Of a stretch of 64,000 nt of DNA, positions 11,021 to 24,189 are shown piece by piece. How positions within the stretch are numbered: the first letter of the stretch is position 1; each line of letters starts with the position of its first letter. Source of the stretch: Euprymna scolopes (Eukaryota); assembly GCA_053919585.1 (NCBI GenBank), contig CM132821.1; one strand, given 5' to 3'. The notes beneath the pieces are model-generated. The model ran no database searches. It was given only the letters and a program-made list of their open reading frames with translations, and was not told the DNA's origin. A program made the position numbers and the translations under genes.

Positions 11021-11858
11021 CAGTGGAATAATAAATTTGCCACCTTAAAGAAAACAGCGCTACAGCTTTATTTTAAAACTTTCATTGAAAAAAATCAATT
11101 CCGATAACTTGATTATGTCTTAGTTGACATCCATTCAATGTGACCACCTTCAGCCTCAATCTGGATCTTGAACTGGAAGCATGCCTTTTCCACAAGCGCT
11201 GACGGGAGCTCAGCAGATAATGGAGATCAGGCTGGCTTTGATGTTGTGGGAGGTCATGTTGATGTTCTCGACGTATGACCAAACAAAGTAATCCTGCATG
11301 TTCAGGTCAGGGGAGGAGGGGGACCAGTGAGAAAAGGATACAAAGTCGTAGCACTCCTTCTGGAGCTAAGCCTGAGTCTCTTTAGACTTCTGGGCTAGTG
11401 CTGAGTCCAGCTGCCAGCGGCCACCTGATTGCACTTGCAGATTATCACACTCCTCAGCACATCCAGGTACACTTTGGTTTTGACTCTCAAGCTAACTTTG
11501 AAGATGTGAGATGGCATGATGTGGCCCTCACTGGAAACCACACCAAAGACAATAACCGTGGCTGGAAACTTTTTCATCACCCTGTGCATGTCCCTGTTGT
11601 TTGTGGCAATCCAGCGATGTATTTTGAGGGTGCTGGCAATGGTCCTGTTGTCATAACTTGGATCAGTAGAAAGCATAAGTTGTATAGCAACGCATCTCTG
11701 ATTTCGCTCGTTGAATATTGTCATTTTCAGACATGATAGAAGGCTCCTATTGCTCTTGGAATTTGTACACAACTGGCTAACTAGTAGATAGTCTGCAACT
11801 AAAAAACGGAAATGGAATCATGTCTTTTCTAAGGCAACAATTGTATCATTTTACCTTA
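11021..11858 (-). mobile_element. maT (DD37D) deleted transposon, copy 2
   Basis: ORF 11395..11772 KFPATVIVFGVVSSEGHIMPSHIF...; collinear with copy 1. Confidence 0.85.
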
Positions 11859-12319
11859 TATATAACAAAGATACATCAAAAGTGGCAGATTTTGATGAAG
11901 AGAGAAAAGTGTTCCAATTAGGCTAGTGAGCTGACTGTGGATACTTGATTTTTTTTTTTTTTTTTTTAAGCTTTGTCTTTGTTCATCCACACTACTGGGA
12001 ATGGATGATGGGAGAAGTTCACGCAATGTGTACGTTAGAGTGCGCTATAAAAATAAAGCAACTAAGAACATGAACCACTAAACAACAACGTTTGATAATG
12101 TTTGTTTTTGAATTTTTTTTTTTTTTTGATTGTCACTTAATAGGAAATTTGTAAAAATGTACATGTTTAGTACTGCATGTGAATAATAGACTTGTTGCGG
12201 ATGAGATATTCGACCAATATGAGGGGAGGGCATAGAAGAAATTGAAAATATCTCCAATTGTGATTGAGGCATACCCGGAAATTTTCTTTTTTTTTTTTTT
12301 CTAATAAGTACCTTATTAA

Positions 12320-12570
12320 CCCATTATCACCAAAATTATTTTATGCAATAAATAAATTTTTTAATCATGAAATCCACACGTTATGGAAATTAGCGTGCAA
12401 CTGACGCACGAACATAAAGAAAACTCTTAGTCACTTGTTGAACCATGCATAGACCTGTACTTTAAAGACCAGTTGGGTTGACAAGCCAAAATAGTAAGAA
12501 ATATTGTTTATTTATTTTATTTTTATTTTTTTGGAAAAGTGACTGGAAAGTACAATTTAACAGTAAAGGG
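12320..12570. mobile_element. piggyBac-like MITE
   Basis: TTAA|CCC...GGG|TTAA with short imperfect TIRs. Confidence 0.45.
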
Positions 12571-13300
12571 TTAAACGAAGGTTTCTGCTGAGATCAACTT
12601 AATCGAGAAAACTAATGTTTCTATATTGTCTGGTGATAAGCCCGTTTGAACAAAGACTGTTTAGCTATTATCTCTACTCGATATTCGAGTAGTCTGTCTT
12701 TGAGTGGTTGAATAGGGATGATTGAGATCAAGACTAGATATTTAGGATTTTTGGTCAAAGGTGCATATACTGCAGGAGATGAGAAGGGTAGGTGAGTTAG
12801 AGCTGGTTTCTCTGGGGCGAGAGATGGTTACTTAGAATTTCACATCTGAGTCAGTTGGATCTGTGTGCTGCTCCAAGCAAGATGGGTTCTTGAGACTCGT
12901 CCTGCTGCTATACGATTTAATGTCTTTTGTTCCTATCTGCAGAGGTACATCTTGTCACCGCTGGTAATGATGGACGCTTTCCAGGCATTACAATCATTGA
13001 CCAGGTGCTGTGATGTTCATAGCATGTAGGTCAGTCATAGGTATAGGATTGTGTTCATTGGACTTAGGTTTTAGTTTGATCAGGCAAAAGTTTTCAGCTG
13101 CAAGTCTCTTGTTCAGAACAACTACCATTTATAATCTCTAAAGAAAAATAAACTTATGAGGAATCTTTTTATCCAAATTTGATAAGTTTTCAAATTTTTT
13201 TGATAAATAAAAACATAAACTAAATATTTGGGCGGTTAATATGCTACAAACCGATTACTGAATTCATATCATAACTATGCTATTTTTTTTTTTTTTTTAG

Positions 13301-13367
13301 TTTGAAATGTTTTACAACAAAAACTTCAGTGGCCGCAAATTGACTTGGATGCATTATTCTTGCATGG
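13301..13367 (+). CDS. CUL2: cullin-2 coding exon (FEMFYNKNFSGRKLTWMHYSCM + phase-1 G)
   Basis: Poly-T plus TAG acceptor, 67 nt, GTAAGT donor; SGRKLTW motif. Confidence 0.95.
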
Positions 13368-13879
13368 GTAAGTTCTACACTTTCGCTTTTTTCGTGTTAT
13401 ACTTTTTCATAGATTGTGTCATTAGAATCGTGGCCGTGCATATAGCTCTTATGTCTGCAGTGCAATGCTCCAAGTGAGACCTTGCTTTTGCTCAAAGCAG
13501 ACCTGCAACAATCATTTTTTTTCCTTGAATAAAATTGGGATTCTGTGTTTATTTGATTTATATATTTTATTTTGACAAACAAAATATTTACAAAAAAAAT
13601 ATCGACAAGGGGTGGAGGAGGTCTATGGTCATCCTTGTCACTGTACCTTGATTCGTCTAAGATATTCCTAGCTAGAGTTTTCAGCCACAGAATATCACAT
13701 TCACACCAGGGGTCATTTTACTCAAGATTTTCAAATTGAGTTGATTTTTTTTTATTAACTATTTATATATATATATATATAGTTAATAAAAAAAAAAAAT
13801 CAACTCGGTTTTTAATTTTATTTTTTTCAGAGATATATATATATATATACATATCTCTGAAAAAAAAAAAAAAAAAAAA

Positions 13880-14560
13880 AATTTATTCAATAGAACATAT
13901 CATTGGCGTGGGGTTAGGGTAAAAAGTTCAAAAAGAAAACATTGGTAGTATGTCCCTTCCAACCCTTTCCAGGTGGTAAGACTGCCCACTGTTTTCTGGG
14001 TTGATGGGGCTGAATTCTAGCTGAGGGGGAAAAAAATAAGGTGGGGGAGTTGTGGAGTATGTGACGTCACTCCAAGATGGAAGCAATTAGTGGAGGGCCA
14101 AGAGCAAAAAGAAAAGCATCTTGGAAGTTTTCTATCTGGGAAAAGGGGTGGGTAGTATTCACTCGACTAGCTAAAAGTTTATATTATGAGGTGTGGAGTC
14201 CAACAAGACTTGGAACCGGGCAGAGTATGCTCAGGTGGGGAACACATACTTAAACTTGGCATCTTTATGTTCACACAAGCTACTCTTATCCATCTTTTAT
14301 CACATGCTGCAGGATGTAATCTTTTCCTATCACATCTGATCTTGACTTTCAATTGGTCCTTGAAGAACACGATCAGATCCTGATAAGCAAAAGATTCAAC
14401 CCTACGCTTCTCATTCAGTTGCGACGTCCACACCACCATTCTTGCTATGGCCAAGATCGCAAGAAACACTATCCATCTGGCATTGTGGATGACGTAGGAT
14501 TCCTTGACCTGGCAGTTGATCCAAAACGCGTTACCCTTTCTGTGTCTATTTGATCTGCAA
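13880..14560 (-). mobile_element. Tx1/L1-clade LINE 3' remnant
   Basis: ORF 14179..14469 (LAILAIARMVVW...FFKDQLKVKIRCDRKR...KRW) resembles an L1/Tx1 ORF2 C-terminus; homologous to the 46.5-47.9 kb copy. Confidence 0.6.
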
Positions 14561-14568
14561 TCTTTCTA

Positions 14569-15334
14569 TCTATCTATCTTATATATAATTCAAACACTAC
14601 CGTGTTTGAGTATATGGTTTAGTGGCAGTTTTAGTTATTTAGAACTGCTTTAAAGCTTCATCACTCACTCATTTTTCGACCAAATTTCAAACAATTATTA
14701 CAGTTTATAGATCACCTCAGTTATATTGTGAAAAATTTTTTTTCAATTTTTGTGCATTAAAACAAAAGTTATAATGAATGTACTAATGTTCAAAATTGTA
14801 AAAAAACGTAAGGTGAGCAACGTTTTTATGACTGGTTTCCATAGCAACCATGTTGCTTCAGCGACTACTGTTGCTACCAATTCACCACTCATGAAAAGAG
14901 AAGTAACAAGTGAAACAGAATGAAAGAATTAAAGGGAGATAATTGGGGGGGGGTTATTGAAAGCAGATGAGTGCCCTACATTGTTATTACATATGTGTAT
15001 GTTATGCTTATGGAGACAAAAAAATAAGACTGAAATTAAACAAAGAACAAGTGAATTTACTAGAAGCCTGGAAAAATCATGAATTACAATAGAAAAATGT
15101 GAGCATAATATTATTGAAAGTCATCCTCTCCTTTCGATTGTCTAGCCTTAATTAAAACATAAGTCACTTCCTGTTTGGTTGTGGTCGTAGGTCGTAAGAG
15201 CAAAGACGTAAGGTTTCTTTCCTCCTTCACGGTACGGGTTCGAGCCTGCCTTCCTACTACCACTTTTTTTTTTTTTTTTTTTTTGCTCAACACACACAGT
15301 CAAACACTCGGGCAACGCCGGGCTGAAATGCTAG
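14569..15334 (+). mobile_element. non-autonomous Helitron
   Basis: A|TC start, subterminal GC hairpin CGGGCAACGCCGGG, CTAG|T end; shares the ACGGGTTCGAGCCTGCC module with other copies. Confidence 0.75.
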
Positions 15335-16099
15335 TTTATTATATTTTTTACTAGAATATCTTGTTCTTTTTTTTTTTAATTTATTTTGAAGATCACTGCC
15401 TCTTAAAAAAAATCCTTTGTGTGTGTATATATATATATGTATATAAATTAATGTTTGTGTTATAAAAATTGATATGTTAATGAAAGAAAGCTTTAATGTG
15501 TTTCATTTTTCACTAATAGCTGCCTTTTTTTATTTTATTTTCATAAACATTAGATTCCAACTATTCTTGTGATCTTTGCTTTGTTTTTGGTTGAAATTGA
15601 ACTTATGTGTAGAGTGTTTGGTTTGTTTTCTGCATACTTATGAAAATTCTGTTTTGAAGAAATTCAGTGTGTTGAGAAAAAAATTGGTTTAATCATATAA
15701 CTTTAATAAACTTTGCCTTGAAACATTATTTTAAAATGATTAAATCATCAATTTCTTTTTAAAATTCTACTGGATTTTTGCCATTTAGAGCATAAGCTAA
15801 GCAAAAAAAAAAAAAAAATCTTATAACTTAAATTACGTATTATTTTTCATCTTTCCTGGATATAAGCTTAATCTAATGATTTATACAATCTTGAATAATA
15901 TTTAACTAGCGGGAACTGTGGAAATTCCATAGGGGACTCATTTATATGAGATGTTGGCATTCTGTAGATGTTCAGCGTAAATGGAGACGCTCTGATATTA
16001 TTGTAGCTTTTTTGTTACAACTGCAAAAGTATTTATCTAAACTAGCAGGGATACTCTTCGTAACGTGGTCATAAAGTATGTAATGTTATATTGATTTTT

Positions 16100-16535
16100 A
16101 TTTTCTAAAGGGCAAAATGTGTGTGTGTGTATGTTTCGCAAAAACTTTCGACACAGGTGACGGATCCTGACCATTTAGGTATCGTTTTGAAGTTTGATGT
16201 CTTGGATGACAAATATCGAAAAATTGGCCAAATACCTTCATTCCTTCACCCTGAACTGAACAGTTTTGTACAAGGAGAGGTCACTTTTTTCACCGACATT
16301 TTAGCAAGTCCTCGTCTTTTTTTCGATTGACTATGCTTAATTTGAACGTTCTGAATATCCGGTCGGGTGATGGAAACATCAGCTAAGACATCAAACCTTT
16401 TTTTTTTCTCCATGTTACGGGTTCAAGTCTGCCTGCCTACTTTTTTTTTTTTTTTTTAACACCTCTGCCTACTGTTGTTTTGATCCCCTTACTACACCAC
16501 CTGAACACTCGGGCAACACCAGGTACCCCTGCTAG
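16100..16535 (+). mobile_element. non-autonomous Helitron (same family as 41490-41943)
   Basis: AAAACTTTCGACA...GGATGACAAATATCGAAAAATTGGC is shared with the 41.5-41.9 kb copy; hairpin plus CTAG at 16532-16535. Confidence 0.7.
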
Positions 16536-16599
16536 CATATTATAAAGTTGAGATTTCTAAAATAAAAAAAAAACATATCCATATGACTTGGGTGCATCA

Positions 16600-16870
16600 G
16601 TTTGAATTGAAACCAAAACTAATGAAAAAAATGTGTAACTTGAGTTCCTTCAGCTATAACTGAAACCAAAACTTATGAAGAATTCTTGGTAAAATTATTT
16701 ATAAAAAAAATAGATTACTGGAGTGCCATTAGCAGTAATCGAAACCAAAACTTAAGGAGAATTCTTGGTAAAATTATTTATAAAAAAAAAATAGAAACCT
16801 TTAGTGCCATCAGCTATAATCAAAACCGAAACAAAAACTTGTGAAGAATTCTAAGTAAAATTATTTATTA
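16600..16870. repeat. minisatellite, unit about 50-85 bp, 3-4 copies
   Basis: GAAACCAAAACTT...GAATTCTTGGTAAAATTATTTATAAAA repeats. Confidence 0.7.
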
Positions 16871-17038
16871 CAAGAAATTGAAGTCCATAACAAACGAGTC
16901 GCTTGGATATAAGCGTGACACACAAAATAAATAACACACAAAATAAATAACACACACTTTGATAAAATCTATATTTGCACCTGGGAATTGGGATAATATT
17001 TTTAAGATTGGTTTAGTGTATGTATTTTTTATATTATA

Positions 17039-17356
17039 CTAGCGGGGGGTACTCGTTGCCCGGGTGTATGTGGTTTTGGGTAAATGAAAACGGGGGGGGG
17101 GGTAAATAAATTAAAAAACGACGACCGGTTCTACACATGCGTCAGATGACGTCATGACCTGATTTAGGTTAAATATTTGAAGAACTGACTGAATTTCATG
17201 TACGTCGTCTTAGCTCAGTTGGTTAAAGCTTTGGGTCATTATCTAAACGTTTTGGGTTCTTCGAATCGTGGTGTGAGATGTCTTTTTTTTTTTTTTTTCG
17301 ACTTTTAAAATTTTAATATTTAAGCCGTTTTTCACGTAACGTTCGTTCGTTTTTCT

Positions 17357-17394
<38 letters not shown>

Positions 17395-17721
17395 GCTTAT
17401 TCTTAGGTTTTCATTAAACACAAATATCAAAAAATTAGCTAAAAACATTGATCCCTTTACCTTCAATTGGCCCTTTTCTACAGGGAGGGATCACTTTCTT
17501 CACCATTTTTTTTTCGAAAGTCATCCCCTCTTTTCGATTGTGTAGCCTTAATTTAAATCTGTCACTTCTGGTTTGGTGATGGATGCGACAGCAAGGACGT
17601 CAGGGTTTTTTTTCCACATAATTTTCTTCCTTCACGGTACGGGTTTGAGCCTGCCTGCCTATCACCACTTTTTCTTTTTCAGCTCTTAACACTCGAGCCA
17701 ATGCCAGGCATCCAGGCTCGT
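17039..17721. mobile_element. composite of two Helitron 3' ends in opposite orientation
   Basis: CTAG plus hairpin on the minus strand at 17039; degenerate hairpin plus CTCG on the plus strand at about 17720; tRNA-like segment at 17205-17275. Confidence 0.55.
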
Positions 17722-18216
17722 TCTAACATAAAGTACAAATTTAACCAGATATAGTCATAAACCAAATAGAGGTCAGTGCAGTGAATAATATAGAACAGAA
17801 AAACACTTTCTATTGAAGATATTGATATATCCATGCTAAATAGAATTACATAAATATGCAAATCATTGATTTGCAAGTGTGGAAAAATCAAAACAAATAG
17901 AACATAATTAGAGAATTTAAAGAAAATCTATGGTCTTAAGTATCCACATTTCAACAGACGTATATTAAATATTCAAACACTTCTTTTCACGTAAATACTT
18001 TTAATTCAGCAATGATTTTTTTTTTTTTTTTTTTTTTTTTGCGTGTGATTAGATTCTCCTTGATATTTTACGCATTTTGAGACAAAAATCTAAACATTTC
18101 AACTTTTGGCACTTACGTTGTTCTTCCACCAAACATGTCAAATTAAAACTGAAGTTTTTTTGGTTTTTTTTTTTTAGTTGCCCTTTTCTGTTAAGTGTAT
18201 TTCTTTTGTCTTGCAG

Positions 18217-18410
18217 CTGATGTTCGATTTAACTATTTAAAAAAAACCTACACCGTAACAATGGGCACCTACCACATGGCTATTCTGCTTCTTTTTAACA
18301 ATACTGACAGTCTTACGTTCCGAGAATTAATGGAAACGAGCCAATTACCCGACAAAGAATTAGTGAAACAGTTGCAGGTATTAGTTGAAAGTAAAATCCT
18401 TAGCACAGAG
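18217..18410 (+). CDS. CUL2: cullin-2 coding exon (ADVRFNYLKKTYTVTMGTYHMAILLLFNN...ESKILSTE)
   Basis: TTGCAG acceptor, 194 nt completing the phase-1 codon, GTAAGT donor. Confidence 0.95.
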
Positions 18411-19210
18411 GTAAGTAACTCACTCTCTTATCTTCACTTCTCCTCTTTCTTTCCCCTTCTCCCCTAGTTACCAAAAGCTATATATGTTTGTTTGAAAGCA
18501 ACATTAGCTCTAATGTGTATGTTTTTAACTGCTGGCTGCTGCTGCTTCATTAGCCAATGTCAGAATTAACAAATTCTATATTTATTAGTAACTAGCCCAA
18601 TGGATCGCAGATGATCATCTTTATTTATGTAAAGTTAAGTATGTGTACATGTTTATATATTTGTATGTTTAGGAGTGAATCCTGTACTGATTAACTCCTG
18701 GAATACAGTTACTAAGCAAAAGAGGTTGTAATGTGGGCTATATTTAGTTTAATTTAGTTTTATGCACAAGTAAAACTTCAGATAACTAAACTTTTATGAA
18801 ATTTTAGCATTAATTAATAAATATTCTCCCATTTTCAATTGCTTTGGAGTATTTTAAAAAGATTTTAAGGAGTATAATATGGACACAACTTCCTAATTTG
18901 AAAATTAAAATATTTCAGATTTACATTAAATTTGATTCATAGTTATTAAATACCAATTAAATAAGATTTCCTGAATTTCAATTTCTTAAGAATTCTTAAG
19001 CTTAATCCATAAATTTGCAGCATTTTGTAGAACAAAAATGATGAAATGTATTTTGATCAAAATCAGAACAAGGATTCTAGATATAAGGGTTAGTAGTATT
19101 ATATATTGAGTTGAATCTTTTTTGTAATAGGATATAAAAGTAGTCGCTTGTCTTGGGATGGCTATCTTTCTAGAAAGATTTAGTAAACCTTTGCAATAAA
19201 AGATCATGAA

Positions 19211-19251
<41 letters not shown>

Positions 19252-19319
19252 CTTTTCTCGAAATAAATTTTTCAATCTTATTTGTCTAAACTGTTTTTTT
19301 TTTTTTTCTTCTTCCGCAG

Positions 19320-19418
19320 GGTGAGATAAATGACAACAGCACGTTTACTCTTAACAGAAATTACAGTAACAAAAGATTAAGATTCAAAATTACAGTGATG
19401 CAAAAACTAACACCACCG
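19320..19418 (+). CDS. CUL2: cullin-2 coding exon (GEINDNSTFTLNRNYSNKRLRFKITVMQKLTPP)
   Basis: CCGCAG acceptor, 99 nt, GTAAAT donor; F.LN..Y..KR..FKI motif. Confidence 0.93.
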
Positions 19419-19499
19419 GTAAATATAAATTCACAAATTTTGTTTTTTACTGCCGACTGTGAATAATGGATGACTAATTTGTTAGTTTTGTGAATGTGA

Positions 19500-19897
19500 A
19501 ATAGACCTATAATAAATTTTTGTTTTTGAATTTTTTATTAGTTGGATTATTTGAGATACTGTTCTTATTTTGAGTGTTATTTTCACAAGGTTTTGGTCAA
19601 TGTAATTTCTGACTTTCTTCAGGTGTATCTTGTCGAACTCGGTGAGTCTGCACAGACTCATGGCATAGTTGGTAAAATTCCGTTGTAAGTTACATGCTTC
19701 TGGAGGTTGAAGGTTCAATCTTTAGTTCAGATGACACTCAAAAATACAATTGTGAATTACTCTGGGCTTCTACCCTATTATGGCTGACAGAATCAGAGCA
19801 GGCTACTTCTGCGGATTAAATAAAGTGTTCCGTTGGAAATTCTGTACTGATTCCCGAGTTCGGCAACATGCATCTAAAGAAGGTCAGAGGCTACATT
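19500..19897 (+). mobile_element. Hammerhead/tRNA-head element, copy E (degenerate)
   Basis: Antisense arm 19550-19642, box A TGGCATAGTTGG 19661-19672, box B GGTTCAATCT 19712-19721, body ATGGCTGACAG...AAATAAAG, truncated sense arm 19853-19897. Confidence 0.7.
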
Positions 19898-19898
19898 T

Positions 19899-20668
19899 GT
19901 TTTTTTTTTAATTTTACGAAGGAGTCACCATTTATCAAGGCTTGGAGGCCACTTGAGGATAAGGGTTAATGGTTATACATTAGTCAATGGGATTATAGCA
20001 TAGTAATCATAAGTAGTGGAAATTTTGTAAATTAGATGACTGCTAGTTTGTAAATTTAAATTTAGGTTAAAAAAAATAAGGGAAAAAGAACATTGTTTTT
20101 TACCTTTATTCTATACAACTTGTTTGCAACAAAAGTGATGAAAATGTTTCTGGTTTTCAAATGTTAAAATATGGCAGATTAAATCTAAGTCTTCAAATTG
20201 AAAAAAATTAAAGCACATTGCCACGTTGATGTAAGCGGCTACTATTGAGCGCATATCTAATAAGGAACTGTGAGGAGTTGAGCAGCGAGATATCTGTTTA
20301 CACTGCATTTAAACTTCTGCAGTTTAATACAGTCAGGGAAACATGAGTCAGGGTGGGAATTCCAAAGTCTGGCTATTCGAGGGAAGAAACTATTAGAGTA
20401 GAAGGCTTTCCAGCATTTAGGAACGTAAACAGTAAAGGAATGAGATTTACTGCTTGTCAGATTAGTCAGGAGCATGTACGTCAAGGGCGCACAAGTGCCA
20501 TGAGTTCATCAGAGCACATTCCATTAAAGTACTTGTAAAACAGGAACAGGGATGCAGCATTGCAGCAATATGACAGAGATTTGAGTTGAGGTTAGATTTG
20601 AGACTCATTTTTGGATCCTGTTTAAGCGCGAGATACTAATGGTAGATACACCAGTCCGGATGTGGTAA
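19899..20668 (-). mobile_element. CR1/L2-group LINE fragments (tail at 19899-20010, RT end at 20255-20668)
   Basis: KAFYSNSFFPRIARLWNS...KFKCSVNRYL; family 3' motif CACCATTTATCAAGGC...GAGGATAAGGGTT. Confidence 0.75.
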
Positions 20669-20929
20669 CAACAACAACAAAAAAAAAAAACAATTTATCT
20701 CAGTTTCTGCTTATTTTATTATTGCCTACTCTCATATCTCCGAAAATCACAAATGTTTTTCGTTGGTAAAATGTGAATCGTTTTATTGCAACATTAACAT
20801 CAATTCTTGAATTACTTTCGTAAAAGAATCGATTGCTTATCTGCATGAATGTCGAAAACTATTGAATGAACTATTGCCTTTGTAGGTAGTTTTAATTGCT
20901 TCTTTCGTGTACATTTTTATTTAATTTTT

Positions 20930-21250
20930 TTTTTTTTTTTTTTAGACTTAGTTGCTTTTTTGTTTTTTCTTTTTTTTTGCATTTTTTAGACTTAGTTGCT
21001 TTTTTGTGTGTATATTTTTATTTTTAGATTTAGTTGCTATTTTTTTTTTTCTTTTTTTTTTTTTGCATTTTTTAGACTTGGTTGCTTTTTTTAAAAATTA
21101 AAAAAATTTTTTTTTTTGCATTTTTTAGACTTGGTTGCTTTTTTTTTTTTAATTTTTATTTTTTATTTTTTTTTTGCATTTTTTAGACTTGGTTGCTTTT
21201 TTTTTAAATTTTTTATTTTTATTTTTCCATTTTTTAGACTTGGTTGGTTT
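20930..21250. repeat. T-rich tandem repeat, unit about 40-60 bp, about 7 copies
   Basis: (T)nGCATTTTTTAGACTT[A/G]GTTGCTTTT repeated. Confidence 0.85.
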
Positions 21251-21296
21251 TTTTCGTGTGTTAAAATGACAATTTTCCTTTCCATCTTTTCTTTAG

Positions 21297-21425
<129 letters not shown>

Positions 21426-22437
21426 TGAAATGCTTATATCTTTGATTCTATGCGACGAAACTACATGAAAATTTGCAGGCTTTGAAGATTATAATACTAT
21501 TCTATGCTTAAAATTTTATGGCAATTTGTAAAAAGGAACCTATATTTTCAAACCAATAAAATGTCCAAATTTGCCTACATTTGTATAGATATACACACAC
21601 TATATGCAGTATTTAAAGATTTGAATCTGTTTTGATGGTAATATTGGTGTTATAAATGAAATAAACCTATTACTAATGAAGAAAACTGAGCCCAAGAAAA
21701 CGGAGCCCAAAAAAGCAGAGATAAAAAATAGACGTGGCCAAAGAAGGATGGGAAAACATGTTAGAGACCTGCTCAAAAAAATAGCAGCGAGTGAGACTTT
21801 GGTTAGGAGATCATCTTAAAGAGTCTTGTCTATGTAAGTAATGAACTGTTTGAAACAAGAAGCAGTGTGTTGTTGGAAATACCAAGAATAAATGCCATTT
21901 GTCGAAAACTGAAAAAAAAAAAGTCGAATCTGTTTCCTCTTCCTTTCGTTTTCTTGCGACAGAATCTACATATTAGCGTGTGACGTCACACTGTTACATC
22001 TATTTGTGCTTTTAATGTTCCGTTTACAATTTCAAAATTATGTACTTCCTTTTTAATGCTCAAATTGGGGTGGTGGGGATCTAGTATTTGCTCTGTTATG
22101 ATGCCATCCTCCCTGGCATTACTTCCTCCTTTGGAAGGGTAGTGTAGTATGTGTTCATCATGACATTATCCTCCCAGTTTCTTATCTTTTTTTTATTTTA
22201 TTTTTTTTTAGTTATGTATTCGTAAAAATTTACTTTCGGCAGCCTCATAACTCTCACTTCCCTTATTTTTTGTCCTTTTGTTCTCGCATTCCATGAGCGA
22301 TGTTTCTGACAAAGGGAGAAGAATTGCTGTTTTTTTAGCCTGAATCTATCCATCTAACACTTATTGTTGACTAGTTTTTGACCTTGAAGTAGTATTTTGT
22401 TTTAGCTTCATGCCTTGTCTGCAGAGATTTTCATTAA

Positions 22438-22737
<300 letters not shown>

Positions 22738-22976
22738 GACAGAGGTGATCACACTATCAATGGTTGGCATCATTCCGGCCACTGCTACCCACTATCTCTT
22801 GCAAAGAAACAAACAACAAATTGGCAAGATTACGTTTTGCTACTCCAACTTACTTGACTCCCCCATCTCCCTTCGGACAGTGATAAAAATTGTTTTCGTC
22901 CCTTACTCCCATCTTATGGTCTTCACCACACAGTCTTTCGCCCGTTCGGAAGGTTTAGATTTCTTTTGCGGTTGGT

Positions 22977-23017
22977 AATAAACCTCCAACGTTCACCACT
23001 GTCGCCGCCAAAATAAA
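22977..23017 (+). promoter_or_regulatory. candidate proximal polyadenylation signals of CUL2 (two AATAAA)
   Basis: AATAAA at 22977 and 23012, 240-280 nt after the stop codon. AATAAA is common in this AT-rich DNA, so use is unproven. Confidence 0.35.
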
Positions 23018-23598
23018 CTCCACAACCGCAAAGTTTCCGTTTCTCTTTCAGTGGGCAAAATTAATTAATTATAAGGACAGAAAATAATAACGATGATGAC
23101 AATTATAATAATTGGTTAAATAAGAATGCGACTGCTATGTCAGCCATGAAGATAGGTCTTTTGTTAAGGGATGGACTCAAGGCGATACTTATAGCAAGGC
23201 CTGGCAGCTACGCAACTGAACTAAAGTGGGAGATCTGTATTGCTATGAAATTTACTTGAGAATATTTGTAGCGCGGGTTTTGTTAGTCGTATCCAAGAGT
23301 AGATTAGTAATCATACCCAATATTAGGGAGTACTTAATGACTATTAATTATTAACATTCCCAAAAAATCAAAATGTATAAAAAATTTTTTTTTTTTTTTT
23401 TTTTTTTAATAATTTGTATTACTTGAATTTCAGTCTTGGTTGTTCTACAGCGTTTTGTCTGATCCAACTTCTGACCTTCTGTTTTGGACTCTGAAATCTT
23501 TTTAAGAATTTCAAGCATGACCCCCCCCCTCCCCCAGGTGCAACGTTTGGTACAAACAGTTCTAAGTGACAATCTTCTAGACGTTAAAGGTCTAGATT

Positions 23599-24126
23599 GG
23601 GTTTGTTTTATAATTCACAGGGGTACAAAAAAGTTATCAAAAAACAAAGATGTTGTTAAAGGCAAGATAAGCTACTTTTCTACCTAACTGAATAAGTTTT
23701 TAGTGTTTTTATCTAATGTAAAATGTTTATTCGGTTCGAAAAACAAGTAATATTGAACACTACCAAAGAACAGGAAAAAATGGTTGCGATTTCTATGAAG
23801 TCTCAATAATTACCTCAAAAAAAGAAATAAAATCAAATGGTTGTAGAAACACCCAATAAATGTCACAGCAACATTTATTGGGTGCGTTTCTACCATTATT
23901 TTGTTATATATTTTTTTTTTTTTAATTTTTAAGCCTTTGTTGAGTTTTCAAAGATATCGCAACCATTTTTTTTTTTTTTGTTTTGCGAATCAAATAAACA
24001 TTTTACATTAAATAAAAACACTAAAAACTTATCCACTTAGGTAGAAAAGTAACTTATCTTGCCTTTGATAACATCTTTGTTTTTTTGACAACTTTTTCGT
24101 ACCTCTGCGGATTATAAAACAAACCC
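23599..24126. mobile_element. fold-back element, whole-length palindrome of about 530 bp (same family as 54862-55462)
   Basis: GGGTTTGT...ACAAACCC termini; arms pair to a centre CCCAATAAATGT-cacagca-ACATTTATTGGG. Confidence 0.85.
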
Positions 24127-24189
24127 ATCAAATTTTCACTGCAATCTGTACTAACTAATGATAATAGTAAAAAGTTATTTAACACTTCT

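Noticed and set aside
12600-13125. Possible LINE remnant (also 3430-3840, 43800-44270 and 51100-51490)
   Set aside because: GC-richer and probably transposon-derived, but I could not identify a diagnostic motif.
17205-17275. Functional tRNA gene (also 44295-44370 and 58783-58858)
   Set aside because: Box motifs are present but the cloverleaf stems do not close, and the sequences lie within repeats.
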